The notes under the pieces are model-generated. The model had not been told where the DNA came from. It did not search any database and saw nothing but the letters and a program-made list of their open reading frames with translations. DNA of 63,524 nt, filler included, from Reticulomyxa filosa (Eukaryota; Protista; Foraminifera), in assembly GCA_000512085.1 (NCBI GenBank). It is 22 parts of 22 records of this genome, joined end to end, with 100 filler letters (N's around TTAATTAATTAA, not from the genome) between each part and the next. Parts side by side here need not be neighbours in the genome. Positions count along the whole stretch, not along the records: positions 28,222 to 30,207 come from ASPP01022544.1; positions 30,308 to 35,697 come from ASPP01002388.1; positions 35,798 to 36,797 come from ASPP01035350.1; positions 36,898 to 38,933 come from ASPP01036742.1; positions 39,034 to 40,252 come from ASPP01017015.1; positions 40,353 to 41,971 come from ASPP01026190.1; 16 more parts are not named here. The stretch is one strand, 5' to 3'. The position numbers and the translations under genes were made by a program. Below, in pieces: positions 28,822-40,420 of the stretch; the first letter of the stretch is position 1; every line of letters starts with the position of its first letter.

Positions 28822-28944
28822 ATAAACAGGAGAGATCACAAGAGGGTCAACCAGAGCTCACATTTGAGTTGGTTGAATGTGATTCGACATTTGACAAAAA
28901 CTGGGCGGAAGCCATTGAAGGATGTCAATATGTTGTGCACACCA
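28822..28944 (+). pseudogene. Orphan exon of an NAD-dependent epimerase/dihydroflavonol-reductase-like gene
   Basis: FELVECDSTFDKNWAEAIEGCQYVVHT matches the extended-SDR pattern; no GxxGxxG exon upstream. Confidence 0.6.
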
Positions 28945-29229
28945 GTATTCTTTTTTTTTGAACAAAAAAAAAGAATGGCATTGATCGCTTTAAAGTTATT
29001 TGCTTATCTTGAAGAAAGTAAAATTGATAAAATATAAGTATTATTTATTTATTTATTTTTTAATTTTTGAAACATAAAAGCACACTGCACTCAATTACCA
29101 AAGACTGACGAGGCAAATAACCAATTTGAATTACAACATCAGCAGCATCTATATATGATTTGTACTAATTAACAAGACATTGGATGGCCAACCATACAGA
29201 AACATTAAACAATATATACTAAACGCATA

Positions 29230-30143
29230 TGAATTTTGGAACTGTTTTACTCTTTATGTTCAGTAACAGATGTGACAGAAGGTGATGCTGGCTTGTTATA
29301 AGTTTCGGTACTAGTATATGATGTGTTCTGTGATAACTGACTTGATGAGCCATACCAGGACATAGGGCCGTTCCTCTTATGCAAATTCTCGTATCTTTTT
29401 TTTTTGTTTGTTTGAAGTTTTGTTAGTTATTGTCAAAGAAAAACAAACACAATCAAACAACTAAACACTTCAATAATTTGATGCAATTGGACATTTTGTT
29501 GCACAAATTTGGCAATTTCAGGATCACGAACAGTTAAGCGTTTGAACCAAGACATGAGTTGAAACATTAACAAATCAGTACCACTCGTGCTGGTCTTTGC
29601 ACAAGTGTTCAGCAACGTGGACATTTTTTTGATCCACTGTTCGCATGTTTTTGCAAAATTGTCATCTTTTTGACGCACAATCTTTTCCATCAGCAGTAAC
29701 CAAGGCGCGACATCATGACGCTGGTTATTGAACTCCTCGCGCACGCTATCAAAGCACCATTGCAAAACATGGTCAGTCAATAATTGGTTGTTAAAACACC
29801 AATACAACATGATGTCATGCAGAGCAGATTCATGGGAACAATCTCCGTAATCTCCATAGCGATCATTGGACAAACGAAAAAGGAACACCTCTTTCAATAG
29901 TTTGCGCGGAAATATTTCAAAAGGTTTTCTCTCGGCGAGTTTTTGCAATTCAGGAGGGAGAGGTTCATTTTTATGTTCTTCTTGGTACTGTTGAACTTGC
30001 TTTTGGTCCTCTTCATAGCTTCGGTATTCCTCCAACAACGGCAATGGATCAATGGCGCGAGGAACGCTCCATGACATTGACGTGCTCAATGGTAAGTTGG
30101 GATCAAATCCACTCCACAGTGCACACTGATCTTGCGCATGCAA
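29230..30143 (-). CDS. C-terminal region of a USP9X/USP24/USP34-like deubiquitinase
   Basis: DIMLYWCFNNQLLTDHVL...VAPWLLLMEKIVRQKDD resembles USP9X LLRFCCWENPQFSSTVL...LRPYLDLLLQILLIEDS. Last exon boundary approximate. Confidence 0.6.
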
Positions 30144-31178
30144 CACTTTTTTTTTTTAAAAATGTGTGTGTTGGGTACTCGTTTTATTGCAGGCAAAAGC
30201 AAAAAGCNNNNNNNNNNNNNNNNNNNNNNNNNNNNNNNNNNNNNNNNNNNNTTAATTAATTAANNNNNNNNNNNNNNNNNNNNNNNNNNNNNNNNNNNNN
30301 NNNNNNNTGCTCAAAAGAGCTAATTAACCTTTCGTATTACATTTAGTGTAACTTTTCATCGGCAGCATACTCCCACAATACTTTGCAAGTATTGTTACAA
30401 GGGACTAGCAAAAGTGAAGTTTTGTATAAACTTTGAAATTTTTTTCTTTAGAATTTATGCATTAATTTCCTTCTATTTAATTCATTTTGTTTTACTGAAG
30501 TTTGCCCAAAAGAGCAACAATTTATATTACAATTACCACTATCTTTCAGTGTCAGTTTTTTTTATAAGTATTTGGAGTAAAATTTCAAAAAGAATACAAT
30601 TCATTATTTGTTAGTATCAAAAAGTGCAAGCATAAGCCAGTTGACATTGAATATTATTTATACTCTATCCAAATATTGCAATCTTATTACATTTGGAGTA
30701 ATGAAGAAGAAATATAGTACAATATCAAAAATATCATGTAATCATGAAAACTTAATTTGATACAATTTAAGCTTTTCTTCCAAATGTTCAAGTATAACAT
30801 GTTACAACCAAACAATTTATCGTCTGATGCAAATTACGAAAAATAGATATGCTAACTCAAAGATAAGTTTTATGGAGGTAACGTGTGCAAAAAGTAATGT
30901 AAGTTGACAAAAAACCGAGTGCTCAAAACACTTGATCACAACAATTTTAAAAAAAAACGCCGTCCACTAAACAAAGTAATCACTGTGTAAATAATATTTT
31001 TATTTTGATAATTTTGTGCTTTGAAAGAAGGACAAATTTGGCAATAGGCATTTTTTTATCGGAAAAAAACAAAAACGCGGTGGTAAAAACTAACTAAGCT
31101 CTCCCCTTTTTAGTGTAGTCTTTTAATTCGTCGTTTAAGATAAATAGATAAAGGTGCTTAAAAAAAAAAGGAAAAAGA

Positions 31179-32017
31179 TGGATGATGATGAATTTCAGTT
31201 TGTAGATGTCAGTGGGAATGATTCAACACCAGATGTGAAGACAGTTCGAGAAGAGCTGCAGAAGTTGCGAGAGACATTGTCAACGGAGGACGAGCAAGTG
31301 AAGAGCCTTGAGAAGGAGATGAAGGAATGGCGAGTGGCGACGAGCAAGATGAGTGAAGAGTTGAGCAAGTTGAGACAAGAGAAAGAAGCGATGCAAAAAG
31401 AAATGGAAGCAATGGAACAAAAGAACAAGAATGCAGCGTCAGAGATGAATGCATTAAAGCAAGAAGTGGAGCAACTGAAAAAGGTACAAATAGTAGTATC
31501 GAGCACAGTTTCCAGTCCAAATGGGAGTACAATGGTTAGCAATACTGAAAAAGACAAGCATTTTCAAATTGAAAGCAGTTCCAGCAATACAAACAATAAT
31601 AGCAATGGCAATGGCAATAGCAATAGCAACACGATCGCCAGTAGCAGCAATCATTCGAAGACGTCACTGAAGGAGTTGGATAAAAGTCAATGCTACTCGT
31701 GCAAGGCTTGTGGGACGCATATTGCATTGGAGGGGGACATAATTAACCGGTCCTACCAAATTGGCCAGGGTCCGTTCAGTGAGACCAAAAGGGGCTACCT
31801 CTTCAAAACTGCTGTGAACTTGACCTTGGGCACCACCAAGACTGAGACTTTTACAAGCGGGTCCTATGAAATATCATGGACGAGCTGTTCCAAGTGTGGC
31901 ATCTCCTTGGGCTGGAAATACTTGACTTCGAGCAACGAAGCCAATGCTTCCAAAGTAGGTAAGTTTTGTTTAGCTCGTTATAGCTTGGCTTCACCGCAAG
32001 AAAGAACGCAGCCGTAG
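31179..32017 (+). CDS. Yippee/Mis18-family zinc-binding protein with N-terminal coiled coil, intronless
   Basis: YSCKACGTHIA...IINRSY...RGYLF..AVN...CSKCGISLGWKY...GKFCL; heptad-rich N-terminus. Confidence 0.9.
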
Positions 32018-34199
32018 CTTTCATACTTGACACATTCGTTACCAATTCATATCCACATTATTGGTCATATCACATTTGTCAACCTCTTTCTTTCTCTCTC
32101 TATCTCTTTTCTCTTGAAAAAGAAACTGTTCTTTCATTTTTGCTTGTTTTGTTTTTGTTTTTTTTTTTTTGCTTTCTTTGCTTTTCAATTGATTGTTGGA
32201 TTGTTTTAATTTTTTTGTTTTTTGTGAACTCGGATTGTTTATTGATCTTTCATTGGATATCGACACTCTAATAAAAACTACAAGTTTTTGTCATCTGCCA
32301 CTTTGCTTTGTATCCAATATCAGTTCCATTTTTTTTTATTTTTTTTGTTATCGTTTTTTTTTTTGAAGAAGAAGGAAGAAAAAAAAGGGACTTTTAATTT
32401 TAGTAGGTTTTTTCTAGATTGGAATTTTAAACATTCACCAAAAAAAAAATTCAAAAAAGATTAAATCGAACTTCAACATTTTTTGTTCTTACAGTTTTTT
32501 CTTTTCTTTGATCTTGGATCGTATCAAAAAGGAAGAAAAGAAGCAAAATTAGTTTTAGAGACGAGAGATTAACAACTACATCAAACCCCTCCCAAAGTTC
32601 TACCACTTTCAGCCCCTTTTTTTTTTAAAGCAAAGAAATTGGTGCGTTGCCATTGTCGTAAGGCCATATATGAAAACCCTTCCCGATCTGACCATGTGTT
32701 TTGTCGGACGAGTTTTAAAAACAAAGGTGCAGTAGCGATTAAACGCGCTTTATTGCAGCTGCGCAAGCATTTACAGCACCTGGTGGTATAACACACATTT
32801 TTTGCACCGCTGCAATACAATCAATTCCGAATCTGCGTACGTCGGCAACGACTCGTTCAAATTTTGCAAACAATTGAATCGCTTGCCTTAGGATTGGGAT
32901 CATTCTCGGTTGCTGCTTCGGAACCCTCTTTCCGATTTTGATAGGTCTACGTATACTCGAAGTATATTTGCTCAACCGTGGAAACGGTACGACTTGGGAC
33001 CTGTCTTCTGCTTTGACCCAACAGTTCCCATCTTTCATTTGCGACTCAAATGCCTGCATGTATTGCACATTGTCTATCTCCTCCCACGAATTTATACTCT
33101 ACAATGTACGAATATGCTAGCGAATGCTTCCGTACTGACAACGACAACAGGTCGATTTGAAACTTGCGACGAGACAACAGACGGCACCGATCCACACTTC
33201 ACAAGTATCACAAATTGTGATCAATCCTTCGATATTGCTTTCTGTATGTATAAACTACTCCAGCGTCTGATTCGCTGGCTTGGCAAACATGTTTGGCAGC
33301 ATCTTTATGGGGTCCTCCCCATGGCTCATTTTCAAAAATTCTCGAGTTTTTTTGTTGTTTTGTTTAAAAAAATACTTAATATTCAAAGTAAAAATACGGT
33401 AATTTTGCCTTGAGAGAGGTATAATGTTTGGATTCGAAATTTTTTTGTTACTCTTCTAATATAGCTCTTTTTTTGAACAGTCCGAGCATATCATTTAAAC
33501 AAGGTTTCACTTTTGATGTGCAAGTAAAAAAATTACTTTCGTACATCTTCTCATGTAAGTTTCAAAAGTTGCTTGGGAAATGAAATAAAATACGTGCATC
33601 CGAGTATTAAAATATTCAATTTGTTGCACTTTCCGAACAGTCTTTAAACCGCACGTTAGTTACAATGCAAGTACACAAATAAAATATTATGTTTGCGATC
33701 GGTTGGAACAAATTCCCCATTACATTAATATTTGAGAATTAGTAAAATTTTTTAATAATCTATTGATTCTGTGTTAGATTTAAAGAAAACAGCAAAGATT
33801 TGGTGTTATCATTTTGTTCGTTTTGACAGCATTTTTAAATAAATTTATTTAGGTCTTGTAGTTGGGCTATGTTCTATTGAGGCGAGATCCTTATCAACAT
33901 TTATGAAAAAAAAGGAAGATATGGCAAATGCGATTAAAGTGCTGGATTTTTTGATTTTTACTCTAAAATTTTTGGAAAGAGTTGTGCTTGCTTACTCTCA
34001 AAAAAAGAGTTTAGAAATATGAAGTTTGGATGGCTCGTGTAAGCGAGAGTAATCTTGCATTTCACTTATCATTATCATCAATTTATCCTTATTTTTTCAA
34101 TTGTCGGAACATGCAACTTCAACCTGTAGAACAGCGCAAAAGTCTTGAGGAGCTGGAACTTTTTTTTGTTATATATTAAAATAATCTTGCCCGCAAGGT

Positions 34200-35393
34200 A
34201 TGGATGAAACAAATTCGGAACACTTGGTCATTGATAATGGAAGTGGAATGATCAAAGCCGGCTTTAGTGGCGATAATTTGCCACAAGTAGTATTTCCGTC
34301 AGTAGTTGGAAGACCCAAGCACGAAGGTATAGCAGGACAAAAAAATATATATGTGGGTGATGAAGCAAAATGTAAAAGTGAGATTTTTGGGCTAACATAT
34401 CCAATTGAACATGGCTCTATAACGAATTTTGAGGATATGGGAAAAATTTGGAATTACACTTTTTACAAGTTGAAAAAAAAAAAAACAAACAAATAAAAAA
34501 TAAAAAAATAAAAAATATATGTAAGCAATAACTTTAACAGAGCGTTGTGTATCCTACCCGAAGAACATGCAGTACTGTTAACACAACCCCCGTTAATGCC
34601 CAAAATAAACCGAGAAAGAATGATTGAAATGATGTTTGAGACATTCGATACTCCTGCAATGTATTTGAGTATTCGAGAAGTGTTATCTTTATATGCAAAT
34701 GGAAAAACCACAGGTATTGTATTAGAGTCTGGTGACGGTGTATCAGAGGCAGTCCCGATTTGGGATGGATTTGCTTTGCCACATGCCGTTTTACAATCCA
34801 AATTTGCAGGAAGAGATTTGACCGATCATTTAATGAATATGTTAACAGAAAAAAATTATTCATTTATGACAAGTGTCGAAAAGGAAGCGATCCGTGATAT
34901 AAAAGAAAAATTTGCATATGTTGCAGAGGACTATGAAATTGAATTAAAAAAAGCAGGAACATCAAATGATATTGAAAAAAGTTATGAATTGCCTGATGGA
35001 CAAATAATCACAATTGGATCTGAACGATTTCAATGTTGTGAAAGCTTATTTGCACCCTATTTAATCGGAAAAGAAAATGATGGAATTCATGGATTAGTTT
35101 ATAACAGCATCATGAAATGTGACGAAGAAATTCATCTCAATTTATATTCTAACATTGTGTTAAGTGGTGGTACTACTATGCTTCCTAATATTGATACTCG
35201 TTTAGCGAAAGAAATTACTTCTTTAGCTTCCGATCACACTACTGTCAATGTTTTTGCTTCTCCTCAAAGAAAATATTGTTGTTGGGTTGGAGGAAGTATA
35301 TTAAGTAGTTTGAGCACTTTTCAGGAAATGTGGATCACAAAAGATGAATATAATGAAAGTGGTCCTTCTGTTCGAAGCAGACCATGCTATTGA
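34200..35393 (+). CDS. Divergent actin paralogue, intron 34469-34540
   Basis: [74 protein letters not shown]; splicing restores [12 protein letters not shown]. Confidence 0.96.
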
Positions 35394-35797
35394 ACTCATG
35401 AACACTTTTTTGTTGAATGAGCAAGGTCTTTGCCAATATTTTTTTTTTGCACGAAACAAATAATATTTCCAAAAAAAATATTAATTGGCAACAAACAAAA
35501 TATATATAAATAAATACAGCTCGGGATATAAACATTTGAAAAAGAATTGATACTGTTAAACAAGTACAAATTCTAAATTCTCATCAGATGAAATCATTCA
35601 ATTGTGAAACAAGAAGAAATTTTTTTTGATTGAGAAAGAAAAATAATCTTGACTTTATTGAAATATTTTCATTTTTATCCCGCTCATACTGTCTACCNNN
35701 NNNNNNNNNNNNNNNNNNNNNNNNNNNNNNNNNNNNNNNNNTTAATTAATTAANNNNNNNNNNNNNNNNNNNNNNNNNNNNNNNNNNNNNNNNNNNN

Positions 35798-36790
35798 GTG
35801 TTGAACTACTTCCATATTCTTCATTCTTGCTTTGCTTATTAACAATGTTCTTGTCCCATATTCTAACACCGGTAATATTATGCTATTATAATATTTTAAT
35901 TGTGCCATCATTTCTAGTTCACCTCCTATCACACCCGATAATATACTTTTTATCAGTACATCTCGAGCTTTGTTGATTCTGCACAATATGTGATCATTCC
36001 ATGTTAATGTTCCGTACATTGAACTTTATGTCAAGGTATGTAAATTTATTTGCTATGTTTTTTTTTATATTCATTTCATTTTTTTTTTATTTCTATAGTT
36101 TTTAATGTAATGCATTTGTTATCATCATGCTTTTATCTGTGTTTATTGCCAATTTCCATTGTTTTGCAGTACTCTTTTATTACTGTCAATATTTCATTGT
36201 TAGATCGCCATTTCTTCGATATCGTGATTATGTCATCCGCATAAAACAAACAAGCAGGAGCACTTTCACCGTATGCTTTTATCTCTGTGCGTGTATTATT
36301 AATATCCTTTATCATATCATTTATATATAGATTAAAGAGAGGTCCACTCATGGAATATTCTTGACTCGTCCCCGAACGCATAATGAATGGTCTACTTGCA
36401 TAGTATCCAGCAGTTACGTATAATTGACTTCTTGTTAATATTGTTGTTATTAATTTAAATATTTTTCCTCTTATTCCAGTATTATATATTTTGTATAACA
36501 GCCCTGCATGCCATACGCTATCAAACGCTTCTTATATCAATCAATGTGAGTATACATTGTTTTCTTTATCCCACGTACCTCGTCCTTTTTACATATTCCA
36601 TCTTTTCTTGGAAGGCTTACCATTTTCGAAAATAACATTTTATTTGCTAATGTTCCTTCTTTACACAAATAAATTAAATAGATTTGTCGTTGTTGTTGGT
36701 GATATTTCCATCAATGATTTAATCCATTCATTTGACATTTGATCCAAAAAGACTGCTTTATTATTTGGCATTTCTCCAATTACTTTTTGC
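35798..36790 (-). mobile_element. Degenerate non-LTR (LINE) retrotransposon reverse transcriptase
   Basis: AFDSVWHAGLLYKI, GTSQ...SGPLFNLYIND, CLFYADDI, YNSIILPVLEYG; broken by frameshifts and stops. Confidence 0.88.
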
Positions 36791-36897
36791 AATTCCTNNN
36801 NNNNNNNNNNNNNNNNNNNNNNNNNNNNNNNNNNNNNNNNNTTAATTAATTAANNNNNNNNNNNNNNNNNNNNNNNNNNNNNNNNNNNNNNNNNNNN

Positions 36898-37815
36898 AAA
36901 ACAAAAACAAAAAAAAAGAATGGAAGTAATAAATTGAAAATGGAAAATGACAAATTGAAGAAAGATATACAAAATAAAATTGAAGAAACAAATAAACTAA
37001 AACAAGAGAATTCTCATGCTAAGTTATTTTTAAGTGTATCCATTGATGGCTAAAAATTAATCTATTGGATTGTTTTTATGAAAAGAATCACTTGAGAATG
37101 GACATAATACACATACACACACACAAAAAAACAGAGAGAAATTGGTACAATTACAAAAAAACTTGAACGATGAAACAAAAAAAGTGCAAAAAAATCTGGA
37201 AAATGAAAAAATGAAATTTAATCAACAAATTCAAGAATTGATTGATCAAAATCAAACATTAACTACTGAACATTTCAATCAGGAAAATGATTTTGCAGAA
37301 ATGAGAAAACAACTGGAACAAGTCAAATGTTTAGAAAAAGAAAATGAGAAACATATAAATGAAATTAATGTTTTGAGAGAAGAGATTGAACAACATTTGA
37401 ATCAAATTGACAATTTCAAAGATGAAAACAACAAACAAGCAAAACAAATAAATGATTTAAAGGAAGAAAATAAAGAACAAAAGGAACAAATGGATCGTTT
37501 GAAAGAAGAACACAACAAACAATTAGACCAAATTAAAAATGTGAAGAAAAAGAACGAGAAACAAAAAGAACAAATCAACAATTTAAATACAAAAAACGAA
37601 CAACAGGTGAACCAAATTAACAACTTAATAAACGAAAAACAGAAGCTGCAGACACAAATCGATAATATGACAGAGCATCTTAAATCTGAAAACGAGAAAC
37701 AAAGAGATGAGCTATACAAACATCAACATAAAATGAAACAATCGGACTCTGATCATCAACAACAAAAGATTGCTTTCAATAAATTAGAAAAACAATGCAA
37801 TTCATTAAAAATACG
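36898..37815 (+). CDS. Long coiled-coil protein fragment (K/E/N/Q-rich)
   Basis: 259-aa heptad-rich ORF 37142-37921 with imperfect internal repeats, plus an upstream exon; family not identifiable. Confidence 0.6.
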
Positions 37816-37891
37816 TCACTTGTTTATCCTGTTTGTATTATTCTTATTACATATTATTGCTATAGCCATTTTAGAGAATGAAATAAAGATA

Positions 37892-37986
37892 AAAATTGAA
37901 CGCCTAAAACATATCTTGTGATGATAATTGATTTTCTCCATGAAAAATCAATTATCATCATAAGATATGTTTTAGGCATTTAGTTT
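37892..37986. repeat. Long inverted repeat / hairpin
   Basis: GCCTAAAACATATCTTGTGATGATAATTGATTTT (37902-37935) pairs with 37944-37977 with a single G-T pair and an 8-nt loop; weaker pairing extends about 10 bp further. Confidence 0.93.
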
Positions 37987-39033
37987 TCTTTGCAACCTAC
38001 TGTATTACTCATATTGACACCATGAAAATTTCAAATTATTTTGTTATCAGAACATCCACATCAAGTAGATACTTTTTTAAAAATTATCTCTCTACCTTTT
38101 GTAAATAATAAGATATATCATCATCTTTCTATTGAAAATGCGTACACAACTCACTAACATGTACTGTATAAATTTACAATTTTAGTGATAATGCTGTATC
38201 TCACTATCTACAAAAGGTAGAAAGCTAATTTTTTTTTAAGACATACGTATGTTACTTGAAGATTGCGAAAAACACAAAAGAAAATACGTAATATTTTTTA
38301 TTTTAATACAAGCACGAATCTTTAACTGTCCTAAGAAAAAAAATATTAACGATTTTTGTATGATTTACTACACTTTTATTAAAGACCAAAGGTATTTTTA
38401 GATTCCCTACGACGTCGAGATATCATTTAAAAAAAATTAAGATTAAATGTCTGTTTTTCATTGAGAAAATCAGGTGGCATTTTAGGTGTTCAGTTTTTTA
38501 TTCAATCTACTGTATTAGTAAAGAAATGTTAGTGAAAGATAAAATATTTATCTTAGATTTACACACTTTTTTATCGTTTTTCAACTACGAAAAGAATAAT
38601 TTATTTACTTTATTTTCTTTTAGTGAAATAATAACTATACTTAACTTTTTTTATTTTCAACTAAATCTAGGATATATCCTTTATTTAAGTGTGGACATAC
38701 ATTGAATTGACACTACATATAAGCAGTTCCGTCCACGTTGTTATTATCTTTTATTTTCTAATTTTTTCATTCTTGTCACAAATTACAAACACACATTACA
38801 ATTTCGACTACAAATGACCTTCTTTTGGAGTTCTAACATATACTAATCATTGTCAGCAAATAAAATATGTAATAAACAAATCAAACTGGCTTGTTATTGG
38901 TATATCATTAAATCATACATAAACTACTTTTGANNNNNNNNNNNNNNNNNNNNNNNNNNNNNNNNNNNNNNNNNNNNTTAATTAATTAANNNNNNNNNNN
39001 NNNNNNNNNNNNNNNNNNNNNNNNNNNNNNNNN

Positions 39034-40200
39034 TTTGCAAGCACGTCGGCGTGACATGGAAGGGTGAGCAGATGCTTAACTACATCGACGCGATCGTTGC
39101 GCAAGGCCTGAGAGGAGGAGGAGGAGGAGGAGGACGACGACGACGACGATGACGATGACAATGCAGAGATATTGAGCCATGCGTCTAATTGACGCAGCAA
39201 CAGTTTTGAATGCTCGCGTGCTGCACAACGCAAGGACAGCGACGTAGCTCCGGAACTAAGAGCCACTCCAAAGGCTTGCGGAGTATACGTCCGCCGTGGT
39301 GGTGGAAGCGGCGGTGGACGTCTTTGTCGCCGTCAAAGTTGAGCCACGCCAGCAGCCATTCGCTGACGTCTCGCAGGGTCAAATGGTGGCTGCGCTTCAC
39401 CGCGTCGTCGAGATAGCTGCTGCTTGTGTCTGCACGACATGCCTCCAAACAGCGCATCTTTAAGATCGTGTAATGAATGCCAACCACTTCTTCACATGGC
39501 TCACGTTGTTCGATCTGTCTCCAAAAGCATAGTAAAGGTCTCCCTTTCAATTCCTTTTTCTTTTTTTTCATGTCTTTTTCTTCTTCTTCTTCTTCTTCTT
39601 CTTCTTCTTTTTCTTTATTATGTAATGTTCGTTTTCATCACGATAATGTGCCTCTCTTATTCGATCGTACAAAATCGAGGCAATGAAAGGTAGGATGCAC
39701 TGAGAATGGAGTGCATATTTATCACGCAGGATTGTCTTCCGGGCTTGCACGTGGATAATCGAGGATGGACTTGTTGCAAGTTGGGATTGACACAACGCGT
39801 CGGCCAAATAAAAGGCTGCCAACCACTTTTGCAAGGCTATGTGCGAGAAGTAAGAGTCGTCGCGAGGACCAGACCTATCATCGACGTATACGTCTTGCAA
39901 CAGTCCCACTTTCGAAATGCGGAGCCAATGCGATGGTATATGGATTGTCGAACGAGGGAACAAACGCTTCACCATCTTCAAGGCGTCCTCTTGCGACTGC
40001 AAAGACAACAAATATGTTTTTTTGTAAAGTCTCGTTTGATTCAAAAATGACAACGCCGTAAAGTAACGCATTTCCATTCGACAAAAGCGAAAGGCTTCAT
40101 CCAAGTCGCACCATTTACGTACGTCCGTATACGTCTTGTGCAAGGTCCAACAAAGCATACCTTGCACAACACTTTGGAGTAGCCACGACATGCTACTCCA
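39034..40200 (-). CDS. NACHT/STAND NTPase, winged-helix/HD2 region, fragment
   Basis: KVGLLQ...YFSHIALQKWLAAFYLA resembles the F.HLTFQE(Y/W)FAA.YL motif; ILPFIASILY; one intron at about 39545-39650. Confidence 0.7.
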
Positions 40201-40203
40201 ATC

Positions 40204-40252
40204 GCTGCTGCTGCTGTTGCTGCTGTTGCTGCTGTTGCTGCTGTTGCTGCTG
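40204..40252 (+). repeat. (CTG/TTG)n trinucleotide repeat
   Basis: Seen directly at the contig end. Confidence 0.9.
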
Positions 40253-40420
40253 NNNNNNNNNNNNNNNNNNNNNNNNNNNNNNNNNNNNNNNNNNNNTTAA
40301 TTAATTAANNNNNNNNNNNNNNNNNNNNNNNNNNNNNNNNNNNNNNNNNNNNAAAACAGCAAACCCCATGGAATCGAAGAAAGATGGAAACAAACAACGA
40401 GTCATTTAGAGGGTGAACTC

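Noticed and set aside
39034-40252. Bacterial contamination suggested by higher GC
   Set aside because: It has an intron-like low-complexity interruption and microsatellites like the other host contigs.
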